A stretch of DNA of 64,000 nt from the human T2T-CHM13v2.0 reference genome, Homo sapiens, in assembly GCF_009914755.1 (NCBI RefSeq), contig NC_060938.1. One strand, 5' to 3'. How positions within the stretch are numbered: position 1 is the stretch's first letter; every line of letters begins with the position of its first letter. Shown one piece after another: positions 1 through 17,469 of the stretch. Both the position numbers and the translations under genes were made by a program. The notes beneath the pieces are model-generated. The model was not told the DNA's origin. It ran no database searches and worked only from the letters and a program-made list of their open reading frames with translations.

Positions 1-183
1 CAGCCTCCCGAGTAGCTGGGACTACAGGCGCCCGCCACCGCGCCCGGCTACTTTTTTGTATTTTTAGTAGAGACGGGGTTTCACCTTGTTAGCCAGGATG
101 GTCTCGATCTCCTGACCTCATGATCCACCCGCCTCGGCCTCCCAAAGTGCTGGGATTACAGGCGTGAGCCACCGCGCCCGGCC
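1..183 (-). mobile_element. AluYb8 (human-specific), 5' part; 3' part lies outside the window
   Basis: Reverse complement reads GGCCGGGCGCGG...GGGTGGATCATGAGG...GCTAACAAGGTGAAA...GCCGGGCGCGGTGGCGGG, which are Yb-lineage diagnostic positions; CpGs intact. Confidence 0.88.
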
Positions 184-2376
184 TCTTTCTTTTTTCTTTA
201 CTTGGGGAAAAGAATATAATTCTCCTAAATAATTTTTCTATAGGTTAGAATTTCACGATAACATGTTGTGATCTCATGAATTTGAGATATACCAGAATGC
301 AAATTAAAGTTCATTAACACACACTTATATTTAACAAATACCAAAAATATGTATGTTAAGTTTATCCTTGTAAGAGTGTGCAATGAAAACACTTCACCAT
401 AAAAGTTCACATTTTATTTTAAGTAAGAGAAATAATAGCAATACTCAGGGCCATTTTCCCAACTGCTTGCTGTTTACATTGCAATAGCATTGCACTTTTG
501 TTAAAAATATAAATGTCATATTCCTAAATATTTTCTCCAGATGTTGTCAATCTTATCACTATTTGACACTTAAAGACATACCTGTGGATATATATTTCCA
601 AGAGCAACATGTGAAGAGTCAAGAGGAATGTTTCAGCCCATATTAGATTAGAGAACAATACACTATGTTTACCCTCAACGCTCAGTTTCCATTCTCACAT
701 AGTCTGAGCTAAAAAATCAGTGTTTGTTTTTTAACTCCACAGAAGACAGTCAACTGGTTACTATTTTGTGTAAAATATAAAGCTGCATCTTATAACTTAA
801 AATTAAAATGTCTGTATAAATAGGAGAAATACATTTTATTTCCAAATATACTTTTATTTTATTCTGAATGTTAATAAAATAAAAGAAGTGAAAAATGACT
901 ATTAATACACTTAACCATGTACCTAATCTGGTGCTTATTCACTTGGCATGGACTCACCAAGTTGAATTCTATATATGTATAATAAAGACTTGTGCAATCG
1001 ACTAAAATGTTCCATATGGAAGATTAGCATGTCTTGGTGAACATTTTATGATGCTATTAAGTAAAAGTCAATGAACAGAATCAGAAGAAATAAGCTATCT
1101 ATAAATCAAAGAGAAAATTTACAATGTATCAGAAAATAATTTTACCTGATAAATGCACATAAAACATGCCATTAGTGATGTAATTACAACCAGAGTCTAT
1201 GAGTCCTCATTGTTTTTCTACCCCAAGCATAGAGGACTCCATGAATTTTCTATGATCCATGAAACTTCATTATTATGAAGTTATCTTTCACTATATGCTT
1301 CATGTCATTAATTTTTTTAAAATGAAGCTTGGATGTTTCTGACTGTAAGAAAAATTTGAGGGGTATGTGCCATAAAATGGTACCTCTCATAGGACTGTAT
1401 TAAAAATAGCAAAATTTGTGCAACATTGTTCTATTTGTATATTACTTAGTTAAGTAATCAAATTTTTAGTCTTCCTCTAGGCCATCTAAGTCATATGCAA
1501 TCTATACAATCTAGCTAACTAATGAAAACAATTTTAATGTAGACATTACAGCTTCCTGCAGTGAGGTATTCAAACAAAAATCTGACATCTCTTCGAAGAG
1601 TAAAGATTGAATGCCGTTCTTTATGAATTTGTCTCGCATTGGCAGACTAGAAGTTGGAAAAATTGGTGTACCTAAGATACGGAATCTTTAAGAGTTGTGT
1701 GCAAATACTTTTTTCCCTCAATTGGTTTGCTTTAAATTATCTCCTTATTATTTTTTCCTTTCTTAAATTTCACAGAATTCTCCATTTAGTGAAATATTTC
1801 TGAAAGCTTGGAATATGAATTCAGAATGAGAAACAAAACTCTTAAAGTTGAAATACCTCTTTTTGTTTCATTATCTGTCTGAAACAATATAAAATTGAAA
1901 AAGTTGCTGTGAAATATTAACTGTTGCTTATACTTCTATTTGTCTCTTAAATATAATTCATCTGGCAATTATGTATAGAAGCACATGTTGAAATAGGGAT
2001 AGAAAATTGCAATCTTTTAAATTTTCTGCATTTACTACACAGTCTCAGAGCTAATTCAGCTGTATTCATTATTCCAAAATTGAGCTCGATTTTATATTAA
2101 TGCTTTAAATGAATTCCAACTTGGAAAATAAATAGAAGACTTGTAAATACTCTTTTTTATCCAAAGTTTTAGATTATTTTGGAATTCACAATATCTACAG
2201 AGGTGGTTTAATATCACCCATGTACTCTAAAGGGCATTTTAATTTCATCTGGCCTAAAGACAAACTATATACGAAAGAACTCAGAGTTAATCCATGTGCC
2301 TCAGAAAAGCAACATGTGACCAAGGAGTCTGGGATAAAAGAAATGAAGGCAGATGTTTTAAAAAAGATAGACAATG

Positions 2377-2685
<309 letters not shown>

Positions 2686-2902
2686 TTAGAATTGTTTAGT
2701 GATATTATCACTTTAATATTTTCCAGTTTTTTTCCAAATCTTAGAGTATTCATCATGGAAACCTGGATTATTTACCCAAATCATGAAAAGTGCCGCCTAA
2801 CATGTAACTATTCTACCCAGAGATTTCAGGAGGTAATCAATTACGTGCTTCCAAAAGTTGTCAGAGGTATGAAGAGGTATAAAGGATATTTTATATTTAC
2901 AT

Positions 2903-2987
2903 AAATATACATGTATACATATATATGTAATGTATAGGTATATACATACATGTAATATGCAATAAATAGATATACACATATACATGT
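2903..2987. repeat. TA/CATATA low-complexity tract
   Basis: Alternating TA/CA/TG sequence seen directly. Confidence 0.8.
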
Positions 2988-3323
2988 GGAAGAAAAAGAG
3001 ATGGCTGTACATGTTTTGAGACCCAAAACTACATACAGTATGTCTATTTTCATTTTATGCTTCCTTGTACTTTCAGAACGAGTCATTCTAATTGGACCGT
3101 GTATTTAACTGTTTTGAAATAGAAATTCACAATGGTCATTTAAATATGGTTATGACACATAAAAATTTACCTTGATTTTTTAAAATCGCAATTAAAATTA
3201 TTTTATAATAAGATTTAAACATAATAAAATGAGATAGGTTAAGAAAATCTTTAGAAAATTTTCAATTACAATATAAAGTCTGAGACATATTTTCTTATAT
3301 AAAAGTGAATATATATTATTTAC

Positions 3324-4763
<1,440 letters not shown>

Positions 4764-4780
4764 TTACTTTTGAGTAATAT

Positions 4781-4822
4781 ATCATAACATACTTTAACTG
4801 AATCATAACATACTTTTAACTG
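4781..4822. repeat. ~21-bp tandem duplication
   Basis: ATCATAACATACTTTAACTG followed by AATCATAACATACTTTTAACTG. Confidence 0.85.
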
Positions 4823-4882
4823 CATGCTTTAAAAGCTTTCAGTATGATTGCATAAATCACTGTTACGTAGGCAATAAAACAA

Positions 4883-5109
4883 TCATTGCAACCTCTGCCT
4901 CTCAAGTTCAAGCAATTCTCCTGCCTCAGCCTCCGGAGTAGCTGGGATTACAGGTGCGTGCCACCATGCCCAGCTAATTTTTGTATTTTTAGTAGAGACA
5001 GGGTTTTGCCACATTGGCCATGCTGGTCTTGAACTCCTGACCTCAGGTTATCCACCCGCCTTGACTTCAAACGTGCTGGGATTACAGGTGCCAGCCACCA
5101 CGCCCAGCC
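4883..5109 (-). mobile_element. AluS fragment lacking its 3' end and poly(A)
   Basis: Alu similarity starts at TCATTGCAACCTC (mid right arm) and ends at CGCCCAGCC; no T-tract. Confidence 0.9.
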
Positions 5110-6184
5110 AGTTTTTATATTTATTTAATAATTACCATTGAAGGAGATGACCCTAACAAATCAGCTTACACAACCAAAAGGCAGTACCAGGGTGTGTAGT
5201 TTGGCCTTTTTTTTTTAATGTAGTCTATACACATTTTAATCACTATAACATTTATATATTTAATTTGATTTGATTGATATTTGTTTTTGTCAGAGGGAAA
5301 ATATTTTACAATATATTAAGTGACTTAAATGTTCAATACATAGAAGTGCTCATATCAGCACCCTGTCCTATCTAGGATATCTGCAGAGACTGCCAGTGAC
5401 TGCAATCTCCTAGGCAGCTCCTGAGACTCAATGGCAGAATATAATGGGATTTCACTCTGCTAACCAGTAAGATTTGGAAAGAAATGTAGTTGCTTGACCG
5501 TAAGTCCTGAAGAAGAAGCCCATGTCACTTCTGTCTAACCATGGCTTCTCTGCCCCAATAACAACATCAGCCCAGGACTTCAGAGCCTTCTATTAAACAT
5601 GATCATTTCTCTAGCTAATTGACAGGGTCACTTTCATGATTTTTTCCAGCAAACACCATTTTTAGTAGTTGGAACCATGTTCCCACTTTTTTCTTTCTTT
5701 TCTTTTTTCTTTCTATGGTGGCATCCTGTAAAGTCTCTGCTCTAAATTTGCTACCATCATCTCAGCTCTGCAATTCTTGATTTCCACTTCATTCTATCCA
5801 ATAGGTTGAACTTTCCCTGGGGTGTCAGAACTAAGGTAGCTTAACTGCTTTTTCCATTTGACCTTGCTCTGTGCTTATCAGCCTGCTCTTTCCCACCATC
5901 CCTGCCATGAGTTTGCCCTCTGTCTCAAAGGGCTTCTCTGCCTTGGCCATTATCTCCTACTTAGGGCCATCAGTACAGGATGGTACCTCCCAACTTCCCG
6001 CCACAAATCAAGTGTGTGCAATGCTTCAGTTGCCCTGTATGGCTCATTTTCTAAGGAAGCAGTATATCCCTATACATCAAAGAAGAAATGGCGGCAGGCT
6101 AAAGAGAAGTGAATTCTGGCTACATATAATTCCACATTCATATCTCTCTGAGATCCTGTAGACAGCTCACTCCATCAAAGTGTA

Positions 6185-6850
6185 ATTCATTCATTTGTTC
6201 AGTCAGTGCGTCATACAACTAAAGTTTATGGATCACCTTATCTGTGCCAGATACTTCGCTAGGCACTGGGAATTTCATTTTTTTAAAAACACAGACACCG
6301 TTTGTTCTTGCCCTTACATATCTTCCATCCTCATGTGGAGACAGATTTATGAAACCCAGCCAACATCCTTCCACACCAAAAAGAAAAATAAATAAAATAA
6401 ATAAATAAATAAATAAATAATAAAAAAGAAAAGGTCATTAGAAAAATAGAAATAAATATGTCTCAGCAAAGGGAACTGCATGTACAGAGATTACATGTAA
6501 TCTCTGGAAAGATTACATGTAATACTCAGGAAAGAGCTGAGTATGTGTTAGGCGCTACAGGTAGTGTGAATGGAAGCTAGTGGATGAGGGTGGAGGGTGA
6601 GGCTGATGATTTTCTGTGGATAGGCAAAGCCTAGAGCAGGCAGGGATGGGGGCGGGCATGTAAATGTCAAGGTAGGGTCCAGATTATTTTATAAGCACAA
6701 ATCTGAAGCTATCGGATTTTTTTTTTTTTTCTGTGTGGAAAATGTATTATAGGTAGCCAAGAGAAGAGGCAGAGGAACTGGTCAAGCATTTCAAGGTGAA
6801 GGAAGATGGTAGCCAAGACCAGAGCAGAGGCAGGGGAGATGGGGAAAATG
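6185..6850 (-). mobile_element. L2 fragment (3' end), containing an (AAAT)n tract at ~6387-6422
   Basis: ATTCATTCATTTG...TGTGCCAGATACTTCGCTAGGCACTGGG L2-tail pattern followed by purine-rich L2-like sequence. Confidence 0.6.
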
Positions 6851-6872
6851 ACAACTAAGAGAGCCTATTGCA

Positions 6873-7176
6873 GGTCGGGAGTGGTGGCTCACGCCTGTAA
6901 TCCCAGCACTTTGAGAGGCCAAGGTGGGTGGATCACGAGGTCAGGGGTTCAAGACCAGCCTGGCCAAGATGGTGAAACCCTGTCTTTACTAAAAGTACAA
7001 AAATTAGCTGGGCGTTGTGGAGTGTGCCTGTAATCCCAGCTACTCGGGAGGCTGAGGCAGAGAATTGCTTGAACCTGGGAGGCGGTAGTTGCGGTGAGCT
7101 GAGATCATGCCATTGCACTCCAGCCTGGGTGACAGAGTGAGACTCTTTCTCAAAAAAGAAAAAAAAAAAAAGAAAG
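6873..7176 (+). mobile_element. Full-length AluSg-type
   Basis: GGATCACGAGGTCAGG...GGCCAAGATGG; 16-bp TSD AAGAGAGCCTATTGCA at 6857-6872 and 7177-7192. Confidence 0.93.
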
Positions 7177-8750
7177 AAGAGAGCCTATTGCAGAGAAGAA
7201 AAGGGAGGAGTCAAGAATGGTGCCTCATTTCTGGTTGTCTCAGTGTTTTTTGGCATAATCTATGTTATGTCTGCCCACTCTCTCTTTATCATATAGTAAA
7301 CCTAAGTTCTATATCAGTGATCAGCTTTCTTATGCCTTAAATTCCTCAGTCTCTTTGGATCTCCCAATTTCCACAGCCTAGAAAAGTCTGAAAACCTCTT
7401 CTAATTTCAGATTGTTCCAACCAATCAACAGTGTCAGGACAGCCTCTGCGCCCAACTCACTGGGTCTATGTGCATTGTTTTCTTATGTCCTGGATTTGCC
7501 TGTCATCAACTACTCAGCCTATTCTCCAGGTCACATAGAAATCCACTCACAACCATCATTTCATGGTTTTGGAAATCTCACTGAAAATTTTGAGTGGTGT
7601 GCAGAAGACAAATTCTCATGAAATTCTCATGTGCTCAACAAATGTTAGTTTCATTCCCCTCCTAGCTCCATGTTAAAATCATTCAAAGAAAAATGAATGG
7701 GTTAATGGTGGATAACTGCTTTCATAAATAAAACACAAATACAATTGTTTGTACTGTGTTTTATGGTGAGCAATTTGGGGATTATTTACTTCTGTGCTTT
7801 AGTAGCTATGTTTCTAACCCATTCACCCGCTTTAAGGTTGCTTTCTTTCAAAGTCTCTGGCTTTCTAACACTAGTGTATCCCCAGAGTGCAGCTGTCAGT
7901 CACAACCTTGCTGGTGGCTGAGATTGATCCATGAGTTAGCAGAGTGTCACTGAGCGACTTGGTTCTCCTCTTATCTTGCACCTCATGCTTGCAGAGGTGC
8001 TAGGAATGTCACTTTCAGCCCATACCCACAGCTACTCCAATTGTCAATTTCTTATCTGACATGTTTGCAAATCTCTCATCATGTATTTCTTGTCCCCTGA
8101 GTTATAGACCTCGGATGGTGATGTACCCACTGAATGTCATTGTAAGGTACCAGAAGCATAACTTGGACTTCATTTCCTTCTCAGTTATATTTTAGATGAA
8201 ACTGTAAAATCAATCGAGGAAATACCTTTTGTTTTTTTTCAGGACCCACCTCAAACTTACAATCATTTCTTTTTCTTCCAGTTTTACATTTGAGGTTTCA
8301 GTGTACTCTTTTCATTGCATTTATTTTCTATAGCATATATTTTTCTTATTCTTTGTCTTCTATTGTTTCTGTGTTCTAAATACACAAACAAACAACAAAT
8401 AATTTTGATCCTCAGAAGTTGGATTATACTTGGATAACTCAATGTTGCCAGAAATTTGAACAATTGTGTTGGGATTTCTTCGTTTTAAGGCTCAAAGCCA
8501 CAGAAATTCTTATAATCTATTTTTAACAGCACAAAACTGATTCTTTATTCCATCAGCTCATCCCACTGCCGTACCTGTCATTCAGATCCATGTTGGCATT
8601 TGCTAGACCTCACCTCACTGAGCAAAACTCCAACCCCCATTCATCCTCCTGGATTTATCTTTCTAAAATATTCTATTATGTTATGGCCCTGGCCACTGAA
8701 TAAAACCTTCATCATCCCACATTTTCTACAATTTGTCCCCAAAAGTTTTC

Positions 8751-9052
<302 letters not shown>

Positions 9053-9419
9053 CAAAAGTTTTCATAATAGACCCAATGGAAACATTGGTCCTTACTGTTC
9101 CTGAATTTCTGGTCACCTTGAACCCTATTAATTTCTCCAACTCAGTTTTTCTTCTAAAAACAGTGGAGACTCTCTAACTGGTACATTTTAGACCTACCAT
9201 TCTCTTCCATATAACATTTCCAAGATTCTGTAAGCAGAGCACATTATGTGTTCAGGATGATGCACCAGGGGTCTCACTGCACAGTGCTGCTTATCTCTAC
9301 CTGATTCTCACCCAGTCTTTGCCATTGTTCCAAGAAGGATGAAGTGAAATATTTCAAACTCCCCTTCCTGCAGCTCTGGCCCTTAACATGCATGTGCTGT
9401 GTCCACTCCCTTTGTCCTT

Positions 9420-9966
9420 CATACATACTCACATACACACACCACATACATCACACAAACTACACACAGATACAAGCATGCATGTACACATGCCACATAC
9501 ATACACATACCATACACACATATGCAAATACCACAAAATACACCACACAGATAAAGCACATATGTATACATGCCACACACATACACATATACACACACCA
9601 TGCACATATATACACACATCACAACACACCACACACATATACAAGCACATGAATACACACACATACACACATCACACACACCACACACATACACAAGCAC
9701 ACACATACACATGCCACCCACACACATACACACACCACACACATACACACACATTTATCACACACATATATACACATCACAGCACAATAAAGTCATCAAA
9801 CACACATCACATGCATACACACATATCACACATCTACACACACCACACACACCACATATATACACAAATAATACACACATACACACACTACACACACCAC
9901 ACATACATGCACACCACACACACACAGACACACACACCAAACACCCCCGTACACACACACACACAC
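9420..9966. repeat. ~550-bp degenerate CA/TACA-rich simple repeat
   Basis: Seen directly; source of the His/Thr-rich and Val/Cys-rich ORFs. Confidence 0.95.
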
Positions 9967-10299
9967 CTCACCTGCATTAGGACACGTGCCCTTTTAGGTC
10001 AGGGTTACTGTGTGTTTTTGTCATTATTTATCCAACATCTCAGATGATGTCTAGGACAGCACCAGTACCTGGTAAACATTAAAGACTCAAGTATTCACAT
10101 GAACGAATGTGGTGGAAAAGAGAGTAATTCCCACTGCTCTAATTCCACATCTGCCAACTCATTCCTTAGTTCTCCATGCTGAACTTCCAGACTCTGCAAA
10201 GAAAATTGTTCCCTCTTCCAAACAGATCTCACCCTGAAACTCCTCTGTGTTGATATACATGCTGCTCCCTTTTTCTCTAATGAACTCTCACTTGTCTCC

Positions 10300-10575
10300 A
10301 TCTGGAAAATTCCTGCTCAGCCTTCAAGACTCGGCATGAATGCCATCTCCACTGTGAATCCTTCCTGCCAACTCCAGCAGCTACCTCCCTTATATCCCAT
10401 AGCATGTCACATGTGTGATAGCACTTGTTTTATTTTCCTGACTTGTACACGTGTCTTTTATATGATCACGTGTGTGTGTGTGTGTGTGTGTGTATGTGTT
10501 CTCATAGCGTATCCAATTCCTCAAAACCGTACTGGGAACATGTTAGGTGTTGAGTAAGTAATTGATCAATGGATA
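10300..10575 (+). mobile_element. L2 3' fragment with (TG)n at ~10470-10499
   Basis: AATTCCTGCTCAGCCTTCAAGACTC...TCCACTGTGAATCCTTCC and an L2-like tail. Confidence 0.55.
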
Positions 10576-10725
10576 TAAACCAATTTTGGATGGTTCCTGA
10601 CCTGAGACCAAGATTCAAACTTAATAGAATTTTATCTATATGTCTAACTCTCCTCAGATGATATAGGAGTTACTCTTGACTCGTTAGCATTGAACATCTT
10701 CAACTTAGCTATTTAAAATAATCTG

Positions 10726-12880
<2,155 letters not shown>

Positions 12881-14452
12881 CATAGACATACTTCACAGAA
12901 TTAGAAAAAAACTATTTTAAAATTCAGATGGCAGCAAAGAATAGCTCGTATAGCCAAGACAAACCTAAGCAAAAAGAACAAAGCTGAAGGCATCAATCTA
13001 CAGACTTCAAATTATGCTATAAGGCTAAAATAACCAAAACAGCATGGTATTGGTACAAAAACAGACACATAGACCAATGAAACAGAATAGAGAACTCAGA
13101 AATAAGATTGCACATCCACAACCATCTGATCTTTGACAAACCTGACAAAAACAAGCAATGGGGAAAGGATTCCCTTTACAACAAAATGGTGCTGGGATAA
13201 CTGGATATCCATTTGCAGAAAATTGAAACTGGACCCATCCCTCACAAGTGATACAAAATTTAACTCAAGATGGATTAAGTACTTACATGGAAAACCCAAA
13301 ACTATAAAAACCAAAGATGAAAACCTAGGAAAAACAATTCAGGATATAGGCATGGACAAAGATTTCATGACGAAAACACCAAAACCGATTACAACAAAAG
13401 TCAAAATTGACAAATGAGATCTAATTAAACTAAAGAGCTTCTGTACAGCAAAATAATTTATCACTGGAGTGAACGGGCCACCTACAGAGTGAGAGAAAAT
13501 CTTTGCAATCTATTCATATGACAAAGGTCTAATATCAAGAATCTACAAGGAACTCAAGCAAATTTATAAGAAAAAAACAAACAACCTCATTAAAAGGTGG
13601 GCAAAGGACATGAACAGACACTTCTCAAAAGAAGACATGTATGCAGCCAACAAACATATGAAAAAAAGCTCAACATCACTGATCATTAGAGAAATGCAAA
13701 TCAAAACCACAATGAGATATCATCTAATGTCATTCAGAATGGCCATTATTTAAAAGTCAAGAAACAACAGATACTGGTGAGGTTGTGGAGAAATAGGAAC
13801 ACTTTTACACCATTAGTTGAAATGTAAATTAGTTCTACCATTGTGGAAGACAGTGTGGCAATTCCTCAAAGATCTAGAAACAGAAATACCATTTGATCCA
13901 GTAATCCCATTACTGGGTATATATCCAAAGGGATATAAATCATTCAATTGCAAAGATAAATGCACACGTATGTTCACTGCAACACTATTCACAATAGCAA
14001 GGACATGGAATCAACCCAAATGCCCATCAATGATAGACTGGATAAACAAAATGTGGTACACATACACCATGGAATATTATTCAGCCATAAAAAGGAATGA
14101 GATTACGTTCTTTGCAGAACATGGATGAAACTGAAAGTCATTATCCTCAGCAAACAAACACAGGAACAGAAAACAAAACACTGCATGTTTTCACTTATAA
14201 ATGGGAGCTGAATGACGGGATCACATGGACATGGGGAGGGGAACAACACACACTGGGGCCTGTCTGGAGGTAGGGTTGGGGGATGGAGAGTATTAGAAAG
14301 GACGGCTAATGCCTGCTGGGCTTAATACCTAGGTGATGGGTTGATAGGTGCACTAAACCACTATGGCACATGTTTACCTATGTAACAAACCTGCATATCC
14401 TGCACATGTACCCCAGAACTAAAAATAATTTAAAAATAAATTAATTAATTAA
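12881..14452 (+). mobile_element. Sense 3' segment of the same L1PA: ORF2 C-terminus, 3'UTR and A-rich tail
   Basis: [18 protein letters not shown] and WNQPKCPSMIDWINKMW; older L1PA 3'UTR ending CTGCACATGTACCCCAGAACTAAAA. Confidence 0.93.
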
Positions 14453-14709
14453 ATAAAGTCACCTATGATCATCTAGACACATTATTCCAGTTTTAATGGG
14501 CCTACCTCTTATCCTATAGGAATCATTGAAAAAATAATAAGCCACAAATATTTTTCCACATCAATTATATTGCAATGCAGTAATACTCCTACAATGTTTG
14601 ATACCTACTTTTAATTCCAGACAATTTTATTGGGATTTGGGGATGCATAGACTTCTTTTATTTGGTCATCTTTTCTGACATCCTAGAACCCCAGCACTCT
14701 ACCTGCCCA

Positions 14710-16010
14710 TTAATTAATTTAGTAAGGATGTTCTAAAAGTATAATATGTGTCAAGTACTATTCTATGTGCTACAGAGTCCTTAATAAATATAACAGGCTA
14801 AACCCCTGGCTCTTAGCAACTTATGTTCTAGAAGGAAGAAGTAAACAAGAAAAACAAATAAGTTTGTTTACTAGAAGGTGATAGATGTTATTGCATAAAT
14901 AAAACTGTGGTAAGGAACAGCAATACAAAAGGGATGGGATGGTAGGTGGTTGGATTTCAAGTGGAAGCACGTGAAATAACTTTCAGCAATGCAAGGATTG
15001 AGGTGGGGTCTATGCAGATTCTGTGAAGATGACAAAACAGAAAATAGTGTGCTCGAATGTTGTAAAACAGCAACATATTTGGGCATACGTATTCACCGGG
15101 AAAAAGAATAGGACACTGTGGAAAATAATAGAATAGTAAAAAGACCACCATGTCAAGAATAGAACAAGAGAGAGGAAGATTATTAGAAATGGGAAAAGAT
15201 AAGTAACAGAGAAAATAGGTAATTATCAAAGGTTTTGAATCGAAGATTTATGACTGGGCTTAAGAAATTCACTTGCACTATCAAGTTTGTGATAGACTGT
15301 GAGGTAGATGCCAGAAGTCCAGTTAGGGAATGATAATCTAGCCCAGAGATGATGGTTGCTGGGACCATTTTGGTGGAAGTGATGAGAAGTAGTAAGAATC
15401 TGGATATGCCTTTCAGGTAAAGCAAATGGAATTTGTTATGAGTTGAATGGGAGGAGTGAGAAAAAGAGAAGGGTCAAGAATGGCTCCAACTCTGATTTCC
15501 CTGAACAATGGAGAAATGGAATTACTGTTTAATGCATGATAAATTGTTTTGGGAAGATGGGAATGTCAGAAATTTGGTTTTTAATTTGGTGAGATTCAGT
15601 TGCTTATTGGACATTTAAGTGGAGATGTCAAGTAGGTAGTTTTATATATGAGTCTGGGCCTCAGAGAAGACATACGGAATGGAAATAAATTTCAGATATA
15701 CAGGTGGTACTTAAGGCCATAAGATTGAGGTAAGAGTGAAGAACTGTGTCTCATCTTACTCGATGAAGGGCAGTTGAAGAAGAACAAGCAGAGTAGACTG
15801 GGAAAGAGCAGCCAATGAAAGAAGAAAACCAGAAAAAATTGTCATGTTGCAAAGAGAAGGGAATATAAAATTGTGCCCAAGTGAGAGCTCCAGTGAGATG
15901 AGGACTAGAAAATGACCATTGCAATCAGCAGTGAGAAGATTGTTGGTGACTCTGGCAAAACTGTTTAATGAAGGAATACAGGCAAAGACTGATGATAGTT
16001 TGTTCCTGAG
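14710..16010 (-). mobile_element. L2 element (degraded)
   Basis: L2-like motifs: TATGTGTCAAGTACTATTCTATGTGCT, GGAGATGTCAAGTAGGTAG, AGATGAGGACTAGAAAATGACCATT. Confidence 0.7.
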
Positions 16011-16928
16011 ATTATTTCATTAGTACTCTGGGAAGTAGTGAATCCTATTCTCAGTGTTTGCTTACATCTTCGGCATTGCTCTACAACGTGCTCCTCAGTT
16101 CACAGAAATAACTGTCTGTGCATAAGTAACAAAATGGTTTTGAAAAAATAGTGGTGACAGAACATAAATGAAGCAGGTGGTGAAGAGGTGTTTCTGAGGA
16201 GAGAAGACGAGACAAATATAAATACTTGAAGAGCTGCTTTCATCAGATCCAATGAGATTCTTCTGGAGAGTAGGAAGACAGTGTTTTGTTGTACAAGTTG
16301 TGTACTGAATATACCCTGGAGGTGTCTTCACATCATAGTTTATGTAAATGCCACCATCTAGGGTTGTATAGTTTATCTATGGAATACACATGGTGGCCCT
16401 GCTGTAGAGTGGTTTGGGATAGCAGATATAAATCTATTATTTGCATGTTTTTCATTTTTGCACACTTCTTAGCAGAAAATAAAATTTATTTGTTAAGTAA
16501 ATGTATTTTTTTCATATAGAAAGTAAACCAACTCCTTTTGGAGCACAAAAACAAATATTTTATTAAAAGCATTTTAATATTTTTAAGAGTGGTTTTTGAT
16601 TATATACCTTACATGTAGACCTTAGAGTTTAACTTCAAATCAGATGAAATTTTTTTCTTTATCTCAAATCTCCTTATTGCCCAAAGTATTAAAATAGGAT
16701 GGTTTAATTGCATCTTTCATCTGATGATTCAACAAATGAGACAAATTGTCATATTTTATGCATCTTTCCATCATTCAAGAATCTACTTTTTATCTTTTAT
16801 TTATATATTCACATAATAACCTGAAAAATAACTGAACATATACTTATATATTCACTCATAAACCTACAACATATGCCAGACTCTGAACACTAGAATTCCA
16901 CAAAAATAGGCATGATGCACACTGTTCA

Positions 16929-17469
16929 TGTTGTTTAGATTATCTGTTGTCATGTGTTAAATTCTCCCCAAACCTAGTCATTTCTAAAGAATAATCATTT
17001 TACTATACCTTATGATTTTGTAGATAAGGAGTTGTGCAGGGTTTAGCTGGGCAATTCTTCTTATTCATGTAATCACCTAGATATTAAACTGCGACATTTG
17101 TTGTTCTGGAGGGTCCAAGACAGCTTTACCAAATTTCTGATGCCTCATGGTTAGGGAATGACTGGAAGGCTGGACTTCAGTGGGACCCTCTCCTCCTCTT
17201 CATATGCTCTCAGACCCTCTCCATGTGGTCTGTTCAGCAGATTAGGAGAGTCTGCATTATGATTCAAGAGCCAAAGAGTGAATGATTCAAAAGAAAGGAA
17301 GTCGAAGCAGCCAATGTCTTAATCCTCAGCCAGGAATCTGCTGTTCATCAATCCCATTGTATTCTATTGGTGAAAGAGTTACCTACCCTTCCTAGACTTA
17401 AGTCTATGGTACATAGACTCTCAATAGGTTATGTAGCAAAATATTTGTGGCCATTTTCAACCTCCAACA
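16929..17469 (-). mobile_element. MaLR solo LTR (MLT1H/I-like)
   Basis: CCCCAAACCTAGT...AGCTGGGCAATTCTTC...CTCTCCATGTGGTC...ATTCTATTGG...GTGGCCATTTTCAACC pattern. Confidence 0.7.

Noticed and set aside
575-830. Minus-strand donor CAG|GTATGT with upstream acceptors
   Set aside because: All frames contain stops, and isolated splice-like motifs are common in AT-rich DNA
1510-1690. CpG-containing stretch with an open minus frame (GTPIFPTSSLPMRDKFIKNG...) and palindrome CTCTTCGAAGAG
   Set aside because: Weak acceptor context, no good donor, peptide unrecognised; compatible with chance
9344-10047. His/Thr-rich and Val/Cys-rich ORFs up to 219 aa
   Set aside because: Translations of the CA/TG simple repeat, which has few stop codons
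16348-16370. Second CTCF-like motif (ACCCTAGATGGTGGCA on the minus strand)
   Set aside because: Mismatches at conserved core positions; much weaker than the 28673 site
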